Part shown: positions 1 through 13,900 of the stretch, piece by piece
Numbering within the stretch: position 1 is the first letter of the stretch
Layout: each line of letters opens with the position of its first letter
From: Malacoraja senta
Lineage: Eukaryota
Direction: 5' to 3'
Assembly: GCA_038087875.1 (NCBI GenBank)
Contig: CM075997.1
Coordinates: 2,606,001-2,670,000 of the forward strand
DNA length: 64,000 bases
Translations under genes and position numbers: made by a program
Notes under the pieces: generated by a model
Seen by the model: the letters and a program-made list of their open reading frames with translations, nothing else
Told to the model about the DNA's origin: nothing
Database searches by the model: none

Positions 1-275
1 GCACACAATCAGTGAAATGATCAGGACAGTGGGAGAACTGGGGTGGGGGAGGGACACACAGAGAGGGAAAACAAGGGTTACTTGAAGTTAGAGAAATCAA
101 TATTCATACTGCTGGGGTGCAAGCTGCCCAAGTGAAATATGAGGTGCTGTTCCTCCAATTTGCGCTGACAGTGGAGGAGGCCCAGGACAGAAATGTCAGT
201 GTGGGAAATGGGAGAGGGACTTGAAGTGTTTGGCAAACGGGAGATCAGGTGGGTTTAGGCGGACTGAGCACATGA
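1..275 (-). mobile_element. Penelope-like element fragment (GIY-YIG C-terminus)
   Basis: Reverse strand encodes [27 protein letters not shown]; same family as 17830-18650. Confidence 0.75.
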
Positions 276-379
276 ATGTGAGGGGGAGTTACACAGCTCA
301 TCTGGAAACTCTGCAGAATTAATTCACCTCGGCATCCCATCCCAGTGGCAGACCACAAGGCCGTGGCCATCACATGATT

Positions 380-620
380 CACTTCAATCACCACAGGCCT
401 AGCGCTGATTGGCCTGGAGGCGTCGGGAGGCGGGCTGCGGCCCATTTCCGGTTGGCGGGCTTTTTGCAGAGGCAGGGTGTGTTCGCGGTCAGCAAGACAA
501 GGTCGTGTGGTCGTGAGGGAATTCTCCTTTGGAGCCGGCATCGATTATAAAAGCGGAGGACTAAATATACGATTCAATGCGTTCCACTGCAAAGTACGCG
601 AATGTATAACGCAGTGAATG
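380..620 (+). promoter_or_regulatory. Candidate CpG-rich promoter and non-coding first exon of the ADAD2-like gene
   Basis: Locally CpG/GC-rich unique sequence about 1.2 kb upstream of the ATG exon, which has its own splice acceptor. It contains a reverse CCAAT (GATTGG near 407), GC-box-like GAGGCGGG and ETS-like TTCCGG. Confidence 0.45.
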
Positions 621-1706
621 TTTGGTGCATTTTCTTCACGGTCACCCCGTTGCCATCTCCTTCCCGACGCCAAATTTTGTTTGGAAAACCTGCCAGGTTG
701 CCCAGCGTTTATTGACTTCGCCTGCCCTTTTTTTTGCAGCGTTCTTTATTAAGATTGTTCTTCATTAAGAACGTAATTAGGAAAATAACAGAAAACCCGT
801 TTCTGCTTATTTCCAATAAACCTTAAAATGATCATCCCCGAGCTGGGTGCTCCGTTTGAAAGTGCACAATAATTTAGTCGATACTAGTGATTCAGCAAGC
901 ACTGAAAGTTATAATTCTTCCCGGGTCGTTTTGGCATATGCCCCCAACTATCTTCTGAGTATTCCTGAAAACGACCTATAGACTTTATCATCAGACAGCA
1001 AGCTTTCTTTTGATTCTGCATTGATTTCTTTATTGACAATGTGTGTTATTCAATATGTTGTGTGATTGATTAAAAATCTAGTTGCAACAAATTGCACTTA
1101 ATAGAATGGGCATATGCCCCTGTTAGTCTAGTATAACAAACGCACAAAACGTGTGGAAGAACAAACTCAGTGTCTCCCAATTTTTCCCCTATGACTGCTG
1201 GATGAAAAGTGATATCATATGTATGAGAATGCATTTACCTGTGCAGTAAGTTATTAGTTGAGGTTATCATGTAGTTAAAATAATGATGCAATGCAGTAAT
1301 TATGTTTACATTAATGTTGCTGGATCATTAATTTCCACATTCATACTATTGCCTTGAAGTTTCTGGTGTTTTTCCCTCAGAGCATACCCTGGGGAAAAGT
1401 AAGACTTAAGATAAAAACATGGAGCTATTTACATGTGGATAATGATTTTTCTCTAACTTCATGGTTTACCAGCTGTACACCACCAGTAATCAGCTAATTT
1501 GCTTCTGCCAGTTTCCCCGTGCAATACCATTCTCATAAAATGAAGTGAATGAACTTTTACATTGTCAGTGGGTCCATTCATATTACATGTCTGATCAAAT
1601 GTGTATTTCCATATTTGTAAATAGTGTCTCCCTTCTAGGTATTGGAATCAAATGTAATTGTGTTTAAATTTTAATGTAAATAAACATAACGTGAAATTTC
1701 AGAACA

Positions 1707-1986
1707 ATGAGTACACGGGAGACTACAAGGGAAGGAAGAAGAGTCCCTCGATTGGCTGCCTCGCTTTCTCGGAATATACCTTGTGCCTCATCAGTGCAAA
1801 ATGAAAAACCAGTGGAAAAACCACCAATCGTTACTACAAGCCTAGAAACAACAGCTGCCGCAGGGCAAATTGCTTCTGCAATTGTCCCCGAATGTGATGC
1901 AACTGTTTCTGATTCATTGGAACTCCAGGTGAAGAAATCCGAGAGTGAGGAATGTCTTCAGGTGCCAGTTGATGCAGACAAGCCAG
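1707..1986 (+). CDS. ADAD2: ADAD2-like first coding exon (low-complexity N-terminus)
   Basis: tttcAG acceptor at 1701-1702, ATG at 1707 in aacaATGa, donor CAG/GTATGT at 1987; phase 1 matches the next exon. Confidence 0.7.
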
Positions 1987-4900
1987 GTATGTATATAATA
2001 ATAATAATAATAATACATTTTATTTATATAGCGCTTTTCAAGGACTCAAAGTCGCTTTACATGAAGTCATAAAAAAAAAATAGAACAGTAAGACAGAGAT
2101 GCAATGGGGAGTGGGACTAAGGGTATGCAGAGGTGAAGAGGTGGGTCTTGAGGTGGGACTGGAGGATGGTGAGGGACTCAGAATTTTGGATCAGTTGTGG
2201 GAGGGAGTTCCAGAGCCTGGGAGCTGCCCTGGAGAAGGCTCTGTTTCCAAAAGTGCAGAGGTTGGATTTCGGAATGGAGAGGAGACCGGCTGATGTGGAT
2301 CTGAGGAACCGTGAGGGTTGGTAGGGGGAGAGGAGGTCAGTGAGATAAGGGGGGGCCAAGTGGTTGAGGGCTTTGTAGGTGAGGACCAGGATTTTGTAGA
2401 TGATCCGGTGGGAAATGGGAAGCCAGTGAAGTTCTTTGAGAACTGGGGTGATGTGGTGCCAGGATTTGGTGTGGGTGATGAGTCGGGCGGCTGCATTCTG
2501 GACCAGTTGGAGTCGGTTGATGTTGCTGGAATTAATGCCAAAGAGAAGAGAGTTACAGTAGTCCAGTCGGGAGGAGATGAAGGCATGGATGAGTCTTTCA
2601 GCAGCGGGGGGGGGGGTGAGAGGGTCTGATTTTGGCAATGTTGCGGGTGAAATAATTATGTTTTGACAACATGGCTAGAAGACAGATTTTGGTAGTTATT
2701 TGGAAGATATTAAGGAGTGTCTAGGTATCAAATCTGATGTTGGTATTGGCTGTATAAGAGAAGATAGTATTTTAGGAAGGAACTGCAGATTGAAGATTCA
2801 AGAGAGTTTATTGTCATGTGTCCCAGGTAGGACAATGACATTCTTGCTTTGCTTCAGATGCTGGTTTAAACCGAAGATAGACACAAAATGCTGGAGTAAC
2901 TTGGCAGGTGTCCTGCTGAGTTACTCCAGTTTTTTGTGTCTGTCTAAGGGAAGATAATAGTTGGAGAGAGAAATTTTCCATGTGAGCTCAACACAGAAAC
3001 GAATCACTTTGCCTAACACATCTTTGCTGGTTTCAATGTTGTGTATGGACCTCCACTGTGCCATTCCAGAAAGGTTATTGGGGTGGTTTGTTGTTATGGA
3101 AAGCTAAAATGCAGTTTTTATACCTGTTGCAGATCTAGTGTATAAAAACTCTGGCCACATTTGCAAAAAAATAACTGCAGCAATTCCAGTCTTTTCTCCC
3201 ATGCCGACCTTTTTCCATTATATTGGCTATTAACGTTAATCATAAGGGACACGTTCTATAAAATTGGCAAGGCACCTCGACTAGTTTGGAAAGGGATGAA
3301 GAAATAAAATTTCCCTATAAATATTTTTAATTGTTTATTTAAATCTTTGATCTTCAGTTGATTCCAAAAAGCAACAGAAGTAGTCTTGTGATATTTAAGG
3401 ATATGTAAAAGTGAGAAAAGGGTTAAATACAGATTGTGACTAAAAGGTGGAATGTCTTGAGAAAGTTAAAGACTAGGAAGAACAGTTCAATATAAGAATG
3501 GAAACAATTAGCTATCCTTTCTTTACATCTCTTGCAGATCTAGTGCATTTCTTGTCCCTTGATAATATTCTCTGGCTGAGCTATAGAACTGTTTGAGCTC
3601 TTAAGAATAGTTAATCTATCACAGTCTGCAAGCAGTAATTTTTTTTCTATTTCTCTCGGAATTGTTTCCCTTTTGTCCACTGAGACTGCTGGAGAACAAC
3701 TAATAGTAATGTGGTTGATGCCGGTTGCTTATCTTCTGATATGATTCCTAACTCGTAAGTGTGTAGAAGTATATGCAAGTGTCCTTCAGGCTAGTTATTG
3801 CTTGTGATTGTGAACCTTGGAAGAAATTAATAATATAAGATGGTTTAACTCGGACTGTAGGCACCCAAAGTTTGGTTATTTCTACTTTGAAAAATCTGGT
3901 AAACTGCATTCTATTTGAATTCTGGCTTCATGACATTAACAATGTAATTACAATAATTCTATTTGGTTAGGAAAAATTTAAAGGTTTATCCTGGGATGAA
4001 ATAACCGAATTGAGGTAGCCTGATCTAAAACATGTGTAAGAGTTATATTGCATTGTTTCAGTTCCAGGTATTTGTTTTAATTAGGTTATACACACATCAC
4101 AATCACCGGCTGTAGATATCAGTCATTGGATATAACTTTGCTGTTCTATATGCTGTCTATCTAGGAAATGATATATGACATGTGTATTGTCATTGAAGTA
4201 GAAGCTCTGTGAAGACCCATAAGCAACTGTGTGTACCCAAATTGCAGATGATTTTGATTTTTGAACTTTGGGTTCATTATTGTATAATCTCTACATGTCA
4301 CAGCATAGTGAGCACACTCCACTTTGTTGTTCTTGCATAGGATTTGGAGTTGCTCCTCAGTTCCTCGCTTGCAGTATTTTTTTTAAACTTGTGGGAAGGC
4401 AGGGTGGTGGTTTCATTCAAGCCACAATCTGCAGATGCTGGAATCTTGAGCGAAACACATACCACTGGAGAAACTCAGCAGTCAGGCAGCATCTGTGGAG
4501 CGAATGATAAGACAACGTTTTTGATTGGGACCCTTCTGCAGACTGATTGGAGCAGTAGGGAGAACTTTTATAACTTGCTAGGCTTTGTGATGCTCCTGCC
4601 TAATTTCCAGCTTTCTTTCCCCTCTACTCCAATCACTCTGAAGAAGGGTGCCAACCAAAAAGGTCGTTTGTCCATTTCCCTCCACAGATGCTGTCTGACC
4701 CACTGAGTTTCACCAGCACTTTGTTTTGTGGTGCTTTTATTTCCACTTTCATACATTGATGAAATCAAGAACTAATTGACCATTGTTTAAATAATTTGAC
4801 TGAAAATGGATTGTTATTTCATTAAGTTTAAGAAGGAACTGCAGATGCTGGAAAATCGAAGGTAGACAAAAGTGCTGGAGAAACTCAGCGGGTGAGGCAG

Positions 4901-7900
4901 CATCTATGGAGCTCCAAAGATGCTGCCTCACCTGCTGAGTTTCTCCAGCACTTTTGTCTACCTGTTATTTCATTAAGATTTGATTATATGTATAAATAAA
5001 AGTTGCTCCCTATTTGTCTTTTTCTGTACTCTCAATTGGCTGATTCAGATTATCATTTAGCAATAGAATTTTCTGAGATCAGGTTGTGTAAGGTCATTCA
5101 ACCTGTCATTTCTGGGTTGTCACTTTGAATGAACTTTCATATTTAACCTAGTTCCCTACCTGTTTGTAAAACTCTGCAGTTTGTGTTGTCATTATGTCCA
5201 GATGTGACATTTCTGTATTCTGTTAATAACATGTTCTACGTGTGTGACATGTATTAAAAAAAAATCCAATTCCTTTTTGATTATTTAGCCAGCTTAAAAC
5301 ATGTGCCCCATTCAAATAAAAGAATAGATAGGCTAAAAGCTCATAATTTTGAATAGCTTCAGTAGAGAAGGCCTCTGGATAACAATTCTAGTTTTTCCAC
5401 TGTGTTAATATTGTTGCAGAAGAACTTCCTGCAAAGACTGAAGTAGTTGAAGATGTGAATGATTTCATTAAACTACTGGAAGAATTAGAAGAGAAAAATA
5501 TAAATCCAGTCTCTGCACTGTTACAGTTTTGCCAACGAAAAGGATGCGAGTTGCATTTTCAGGAAGTGGAGAATCCAGGTATTGTCCAATTCTGGTATAA
5601 TTATTTTACATATGCCTTTTTAAGGAATGATAGTTGTTGGATTTGTAATTCCCAACCTGCTCTTTGCCACCAATAACTACTGTTATCTGGTGAACTGTGA
5701 CTATGACGTCCTACCTTCTCCTTTTGTAAATTACAGAGAGCATTATATATTTATAACATCCTTGGTTTTAGTAGGCCAGTTGATCGAACCATCACACTGC
5801 AAAGCTAACTTTATAATGTCAAATCATTTATCATTTAAAGGGATGAAAAATGTAAGATTGTGCAGTTAATTGCTCTTACTGTTACTGGATAAATCCACAG
5901 TGGGGAAATATATTCAAATTTGTTGATGACTTTACGTTAGGTGATGAGGTACGTTATATAGATGACAGCAGAATGATGCAAAGGGATATGAATAGATTGA
6001 AATCACAGTGAAAAAATTATGTTATGACGGAACACAAGTGTTCATCTTCTGGTGATCCAATAAGATAGTATTTCCCTGCGGTTCCAAGAAGGAGTAGAGG
6101 GATTTAAGAGACCATGTACAGAAATTGGTGAACCATGTGAAAGGTACAAAAAAAAAATCCAGCCTAATGGATTATTAATCATTATTAGATGTAGCAGAAA
6201 CGGTTGGAGTTTAAGATACAGTTGCCCAAACCTATCACAGGACTTAACAACTCAGGAAGGATTTTTCATCTTGGGTAGATTTTTCATCCAGGGTAGATTT
6301 TAAATCTTAAATGCTTATGGCACTAAAATTGGGACCAGTTTTCCTTGATAGTATTCCCTTGAGAATGGAAGGTTTAAGCTATTGCTTTATTTAGAGAACT
6401 TGTCAGGGAAGGGTTCAAAAGCACTTTGTGTACTAGTTCGCAGAAAGATAGTAAATGGGACTGAGATATAGATCAACAATGGTCTAATTATATTTTCCAA
6501 ATGAGGAGTTCAAGAGCTGAATGGCAAAAATGCATGTAGTACAATATAAAATCAATGCATAACAATAACAGACTAAGGCTTCAGTTGTCTAGTTAAAACA
6601 AACGTAGTCAACAAAGGGAAAACACTAAGCCAAAACTAAGGTTGAAATAAAGTAGAAATTTAGCAGATTGAAAGATTCAGAAAAGAAGAGTTGATAGCCA
6701 AGGTTTTGTTTTGAGTGATGGAGAATGTGGACCGGGAGTTTCGGTCAGAGCATGGTCGTGGAGCAGCAGGAATCACAGAGGGGGAGCAAGGAGGGAGGTT
6801 CTCTCAGAACTCCCATTGGAGAGAGTAGGAGAACTTATTCTAAGTAGGCATACCTTGAGGCTGGTTTACAAAAAAAGACGTGTTGGAGTAACTCAGAAGG
6901 TCATGCAGTATCTCTGAAGACATAGATAGGTGATGTATTGGATCGGGACCTTAAAGAATCTTTAGCTGGAGTGTTCTTGTGTTATTCTGCTCTATGTAAA
7001 TCATTTCATTTGGACAAATCCAGAACAAAAGGAAAAATGGTTTTATGATTCAGACCTCTTAGCAGTGCTATTGGGGTGGGAGATTGTAACCTTCATGTGG
7101 TCCGTGTTTCGACAAATGCAATCGACCTGGCGAGCACAATCAAATAGAACAAGTTGTCCTATAACTTTAGGCTGTGTACGCCATACGCAAGAAGAAGAAG
7201 AAGCAGTGCTATTGCATAGTACTCTCTCAAATAATCCAGAGCACACATGTCAAATCAACGTCTGTGGTTAATTTAAAATTTCAGGATTGAGGTAAGTAGT
7301 TTTTAATCGTGCAACCATATTGATCTAAAGTCATGAAAATACAATTGAGTTGCGGATCAACAAAGTCATCAATGAGTAACATAACTGGAGATAAGAGTAA
7401 CTGCAGATATTGGAATCTTGAGCAAAACACAAAGGGCTGGAGAAGGGACAGGGTCAGGCAACATCTGTGGAGGAAATTAACAGATGTTCAGGTCAGGAAC
7501 TTTCTTCAGATTGGTCTGTGTTCATAACATAACTAGTTTGAAGGGCTGAATAACCAGCCATTGCTAATTCTATTTCTAAAATATTAATTTTGTTCTTTCT
7601 ACATTATTTTGTTCTTTTCTCATTCATCTTTCTGGTGGAAAAACTGACTAACATTACCTTTATTTTATTAGGAGTTTGTGCTATCTCCTGTTATTCTCTT
7701 CGTGCTGTTGTAAATGGATTTGAGTTTAAAGAAGGAACAGGTGTCAGCAAAAAGGAGGCCAAATACAATTGTGCTGAAATTGCATTGAAACAACTCCATC
7801 AACAGTTGCAGCTGTTTACTTCGAGCGGTAAGGAACCTCTATCTATTGGATTGATACAACATTGCTTATAAAATTGTCTCAATATCCTTTGTACTTGGAA

Positions 7901-10900
7901 CATGCACGATTGAAGTAAATCCCGTCTAAAAGGTCGTGCAGATAAAGCCATTAAATAGCACTTTCTCCCAGTAGCTGGGTCCCCATTTGATTGTGTCTTT
8001 AAAGAACACTGCTCATGATATTTGATAATTGAATATTCTGCTGTTTCTCATCAGAAATATTGCAAATGATCGTGGTAATGATCACATTTTCTGATGTGTT
8101 TTATATTTTAATTCCTGTTGGGGAGGGGGGTTGAATCAGGAAATTAATTTTATTTTTAGGAAAACACATAATGCCTGTATCCAAGAAGGTAGGGGGCATG
8201 TGACAAGACACCCTTAAGCAAAAATGCTTAAGAACTTGCCCTCCTCCCATCTAAACTAACCTAAACATGCCTTCCCCCAAGTGACAATGTACATTATATC
8301 CTGTTACCTTATTTTAAGGATCCCATCACAATTTTTAACAGACAAGTTTAAATTGCCCCAACAAGTATATATGCCATCTAAAGTTCAGATATGATCATCT
8401 CATCCATAGAATAAAACACATTTTCTTTGCCTGTGAAAGCTACTTTTATATCTTGCACAAAATATTATACCCTTCATCAGTGCACTGAGGATGGCTTGAT
8501 TGTATTCATGTATAGTCTTTCCTTTGAATGGCACATACAAACTTTCACTCTTCCTTGGTACACATGTCAATAATAAACTAAACTGTGTAATCACATAATG
8601 CAAGTATAGTTGCTACCTCACAGCTCCAGATACCTGGGTTCCCATCTGATCTTGGGTGCTGTGTGTGTGTGGATTTTGTGCAAGTACTGGCATAACAGAT
8701 GGACAAATAGTGGATGAAATTTAGTAGAGAATTGTGAAGTGATATATTTTGGCAGGAAAAAAGAATCAAGTTTTGGTTCTTCATTGGAATCCTCCATTCC
8801 CCTACCTTAATTTGCGCTTCCCCTTGTAATATTGTTCAAAATGCAGATCTATCTGCATCTTCTGCGGATCTTATGGAAACGTATAACATTCTTAAGGGAC
8901 TTGACAAGCTAGATGCAGGAAAAATGTTCCCGATGTTGGGGGAGTGCAGAACCAGGGGTCGCAGTTTAGGAATAAGGGGTAGGCCATTTAGGACTGAGAT
9001 GAGGAAAAACCTTTTCACCCAGAGAGTTGTGAACCTGTGGAATTCTCTGCCACAGAAGACAGTGGAGGCCAATTCACTGAATGTTTTCAAGAGAGAGTTA
9101 GATATAGCTCTTAGGGTTAACTGGATCAAGGGATATGGGAGAAAGCAGGGACGGGGTACTGATTTAGGATGATCAGCCATGATCATATTGAAAGGCGGTG
9201 CTGGCTCGAAGGGCTGAACGGCCTCCTCCTGCACCTATCTTCAAATTGATGTGCTACAATGCTGAGAACTCTATCGTCCCCTTCGCTCTATTTATTGTAC
9301 TTGAGTTTGAACTGGTTGTATCTATGTCTGGTATAACTGATCTGTTTGGATAGCATGCAAAACAAAGCCTTTCACTGTACCTTGGTACATATGACAATAA
9401 TAAACCTAAACCTAGATTTGAAGCAATGTGTGCAAGGGCTGAATAGGGGTTTTAAAATGGCTCTGTTTTGGCTCTTTCACAGGCATCCAACTGGTGACAT
9501 GGAGCATATGTATTTAAAGTGTATCAATTGACTTCTACATTGTGTGGCAGAGTCGTATTTTTCAAAGGCTAGCAGCTGTCGTTTACATACACAGAAATTG
9601 CCCGTGTAAACAATCTGGATTATTGCAGTTATTTGTGAATGAAGTGATGTTTGCTCATAAATAAGGAGTGGCAATAGTTTTCTCAAATTAGGGATTTTTA
9701 AAGCTGCTTTAGTCAATCAAAGATTAAATATGTGCAGTAGCTTTACATAATAAAAAAATAAAAAATTCAGATTGAATCAATTATCAGCCCTCATTTTAAT
9801 GTGAAATTGGGTATGGCAGGCATCAGATTTGGGGAAAACAAATTTGAAAAGGAAGGGGTAGCCAGTTTTAACAGATGAATCAAATTATCAATGACAGAAT
9901 CAAGCTTGATCTGCTTATTTAAAGACCACCTTTGCTTGGCAACCTCTTTCCCCATGGCTGGTTCCTGCCAAAATGGGCAAGTTAAAATCCCTCTTCCTGG
10001 AGATGCTATTTGGGTGTGTGCTGAAACGTCTGCGAAACCAAGCACAGGCTCGGCGATCGTTTCACTGAACATCTCTGCTCAGTCTGTGTAAACCTACCTG
10101 ATCTCCTAGTTGCTAAACACTTTAACTCCCCCTCCCATTCCCACACTGACCTTTTAAGTTTCAAGTTTACATTTATTGTCACATGCACCAATTGGTGCAG
10201 TGAAATTTGGGTTACCATGCAGCCATACGAATTAAAAAAAGGAACACAACACACGATAGAATTTAACATGAACATCCCCACACAGCAGAATCAACATTTC
10301 CCACTGAGGGAAGGCAATAAAGTTCAATCCTCTTCCTCTTTGTTCTGCGGAGGGCCTCCCGAGCCCTCCGCAGTCACCGCTACGGGCGGCCCGATGTTCA
10401 GGCCCTCTCGCCGGGATGATCGGAACTCCGACGTCGGAACGGAAGAACATTCTCAGCGGCTTGGAGTTCCGAATCGGCCACTTCCTACCGGAGACCGCGG
10501 CTCCCGAAGTCCACAGGCCGAGCTGGGTAGAGATTCAACAATGGCGGCCCTCGGCAAAGGGACCACCAGCACTCCGCGATGTTAAAGTCAGCGCCGCCCA
10601 TGGCTGGAAGCTCCGCAACCACAGCTCCACGATGTCAAAGCAACAGGCCTAACACTCCGGACCTTCAAACGGCGATCCCCAGTAAGGCATCGTACCGCTC
10701 CGCGATGGCAAATCAGTGCTGCGCCGCTGCTGAAGCTCGGGTCGATCTCCGGCAGGAAAGGCCGCGCCAGTCCAGATGGTAGGCCGGGGGGGGGGGGGGG
10801 GGTGAGGACGCAACTCGGAAAATAGTCGCATCCTCGCCAGGAAGTGACTGAGAAACGGATTCCCCCTTACCCACCCCACCTCCCCCACATAAAAAGACTA

Positions 10901-13900
10901 AGAAACCTCCAAAACATACTTTTTAAACAGATTAAAAATAACAAAAAGATGGAAATACAGACAGACTGTAGGCAGAGGCTGCCATCATACGGCGCTCCTG
11001 GTGGCCCTGGCTCTTTCTGTCCTGGACCGTACTATTGTCAGAGTGAGGCCCAGCGCAAATTGGAGGAACAACACGCCATATTTTGCTTAGACAGCCTGCA
11101 TCCCAGCGGTTGAATATTCACTTCTCTAACTTCAAGTAACCTTTGTCTTCCCTCTCTCTCCATCCCTCCCCTTCCCAGTTCTCCGATTAGTCTGACTGTC
11201 CTCGTTTACATTTTTATCTCTGTATGCTTTGTTGTTACCTTCTCCCAGCTAACAAAGATCTATTCTACATTTACCTTGACCTCCATCTCCTTTGTCTCGT
11301 TTGCACACCTTACATTTCCTTATGTCTGAATCTCCCTCTCCCCTGATTCAGTCTGAAGAAGGGTCTCGACCCGAAACGTCACCCATTCCTTCTATCCAGA
11401 GATGCTGCCTGTCCCACTGAGTTACTCCAACATTTTGTGTCTATCCAAGGTTTCTCTATTCTGAATCATTAAATGTTTCTCAATTCCACTGATGCTGCTT
11501 GTCCCGTGTGTTTCTACCGTTTTCTGTTTCTATTTCAGATTTCCAAACTTTGCACATTTTGTTTAGATTTCTGCTGCTGTTTGTCCTGGTATCGCCACTC
11601 TCAACTTTCTCTCCCATTGCTATCTCAATCTGCTCTGACTGATAACAATGGAGCAGAGCCACAGCGCCCTCCATAATGTTTGGGACAAAGACCCATCATT
11701 TATTTATTTGCCTCTGTACTCCACAATTTGAGATTTGTAATTAAAAAATAACATGGTTAAAGTGCACATTGTCAGATTTTAATAAAGGCCATTTTTATAC
11801 ATTTTGGTTTCACCAGCAGTATTTAACAGCAGTGTTTATACATAGTACCCCCCCCCCCCCCATTTTAGGGCACCATAATGTTTGTGGGACAGCAATGTCA
11901 TGTAAATGAAGGTAGTCATGTTTAGTATAGTTGCATATCCTTTGCATGCAATGACTGCTTGAAGTCTGCGATTCATGGACATCACCAGCTGCTGGGTGTC
12001 TTCTCTGGTGATGCTCTGCCAGGCCTGTATTGCAGCCATCTTTGGCTTATGCTTATTTTGGGGGCTAGTCCCCTTCAGTTTTCTCTTCAGCATATAAAAG
12101 GCATGCTCAATTGGGTTCAGATCGGGTGATTGACTTGGCCACTCAAGAATTGACAATTTTTTAGCTTTGAAAAACTCGTTTGTTGCTTTGTCTTGCTATA
12201 GAATGAACTGCCGGCCAATGAATTTTGAGGCACTTGTTTGAACTTGAGCAGATAGGATGTGTCTACACACATCAGAATTAATTATGCTACTACCATCAGC
12301 AGTTGTATCATCAATGAAGATAAGTGAGCCAGTACCTTCAGCAGCCATACATGCCCAGGCCATAACACCCCCAGCACCGTGTTTCACAGATGAGGTGGTA
12401 TGCTTTGGATCTTGGGCAGTTCCTTCTCTCCTCCATATTTTGCTCTTGCGATCTCTCTAATATAAGTTAGTCTTCGTCTCATCGGTCCACAAGACCTTTT
12501 TCCATAACTGTTGTTGCTCTTTTAAGTACTTCTTGGCAAACTGTAACCTGGCAATCCTATATTTGCGGCTAACCAGTGGTTTGCATCTTGCCGTGTATCC
12601 TCTGTATTTCTGTTCATGAAGTCTTCTGCAGACAGTGGTCATTGACAAACCTACACCCGACTCCTGAAGAGTGTTTCCGATCTGTCAAACAGGTGTTTGG
12701 GGATTTTTCTTTATTATAGAGAGAATTCGTCTGTCATCAGCTGTGGAGGTCTTCCTTGGCCTGCCAGTCCCTTTGCGATTAGTAAGCTCTCTTTCTTCTT
12801 AATGATGTTCCAAACAATTGATTTTGGTAAGCCTAAGGTTTGGCTGATGTCGCTAATAGTTTTATTCTTGTTTCTCAGTCTCATAATGGCTTCTTTGACT
12901 GTATTTGGCACAACTTTGGTCCTCGTGTTTATAAACAGCAATAACATTTTCCAAAGGTGATGGAAAGACTGGAGGAAAGACTAGGTGCTGAGAGCTCTCT
13001 TATACCTGCATTAAGGAGGCATTTAAACACACCTGAGCAATTACAAACACCTGTGATACCATGTGTTCCAAACATTATGGTGCCCTGAAATGGGGAGACT
13101 ATGTATAAACACAGCTGTAATTTCTGCATGGTGAACCAAAATGTATAAAAATGGCCTTAAAATCTGACAATGTGCACTTTAACCACATGTGATTTTTTTT
13201 CTATTACAAATCTCAAATTGTGGAGTACAGAGGCAAATCAATAAATGATGGGTCTTTGTCCGAAACATTATAGAGGGCACTGTATTCTGATATAATTAAA
13301 ATGGTGTGGATAGAAATTACAGAATTTCAGAATTTACTTTTTACGGAAATGAAAGTCTAGTCGATTGAAATGATTTACAGAGAAAGATGTTCATATTAAG
13401 CATATAAATTGCAAAGCAGACATGAAGAGAGTAAATTAGTCATTTGGACGAGTACATTAAAGGCTAATAAAAGAACTATTCATTCATGTGACCAGAGTAA
13501 AAAGGTCTACGCTTGCTTTGCAGGGGAATAGCAGGAACAGCTTGTTGTGTTATTCCATAAATGCACAGAAGAAAGCATATTGTAGATTTTAGTTTCATTT
13601 TTAAAGGAATCTTTTTCAAATTTATAATGTGTTTAATTGATTGGAAAAAACATTGATTACACAAGGTGGGAGGATATTATATTAACGAGTCTCCCGATGT
13701 GTGGGGGCAGATTTTGTATACGATGGAAATGATTTTTTGATGCCATTCTAATTGTTCAGTGAAAGTTTATATTTAAAGTATCTGCAGGAGAAATCGGCGT
13801 GTTAACTGATTTTCAAGTACAAAGAATTGTCTTTACTGGCTTAACAAAAAATCTTTTACATTTTCTTCATGCAAGTATGGCTAAACTTAGATCAAGCTGC

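Noticed and set aside
245..541. 98-aa ORF on the - strand over the CpG-rich region
   Set aside because: No homology; consistent with a chance ORF in GC-rich promoter DNA.
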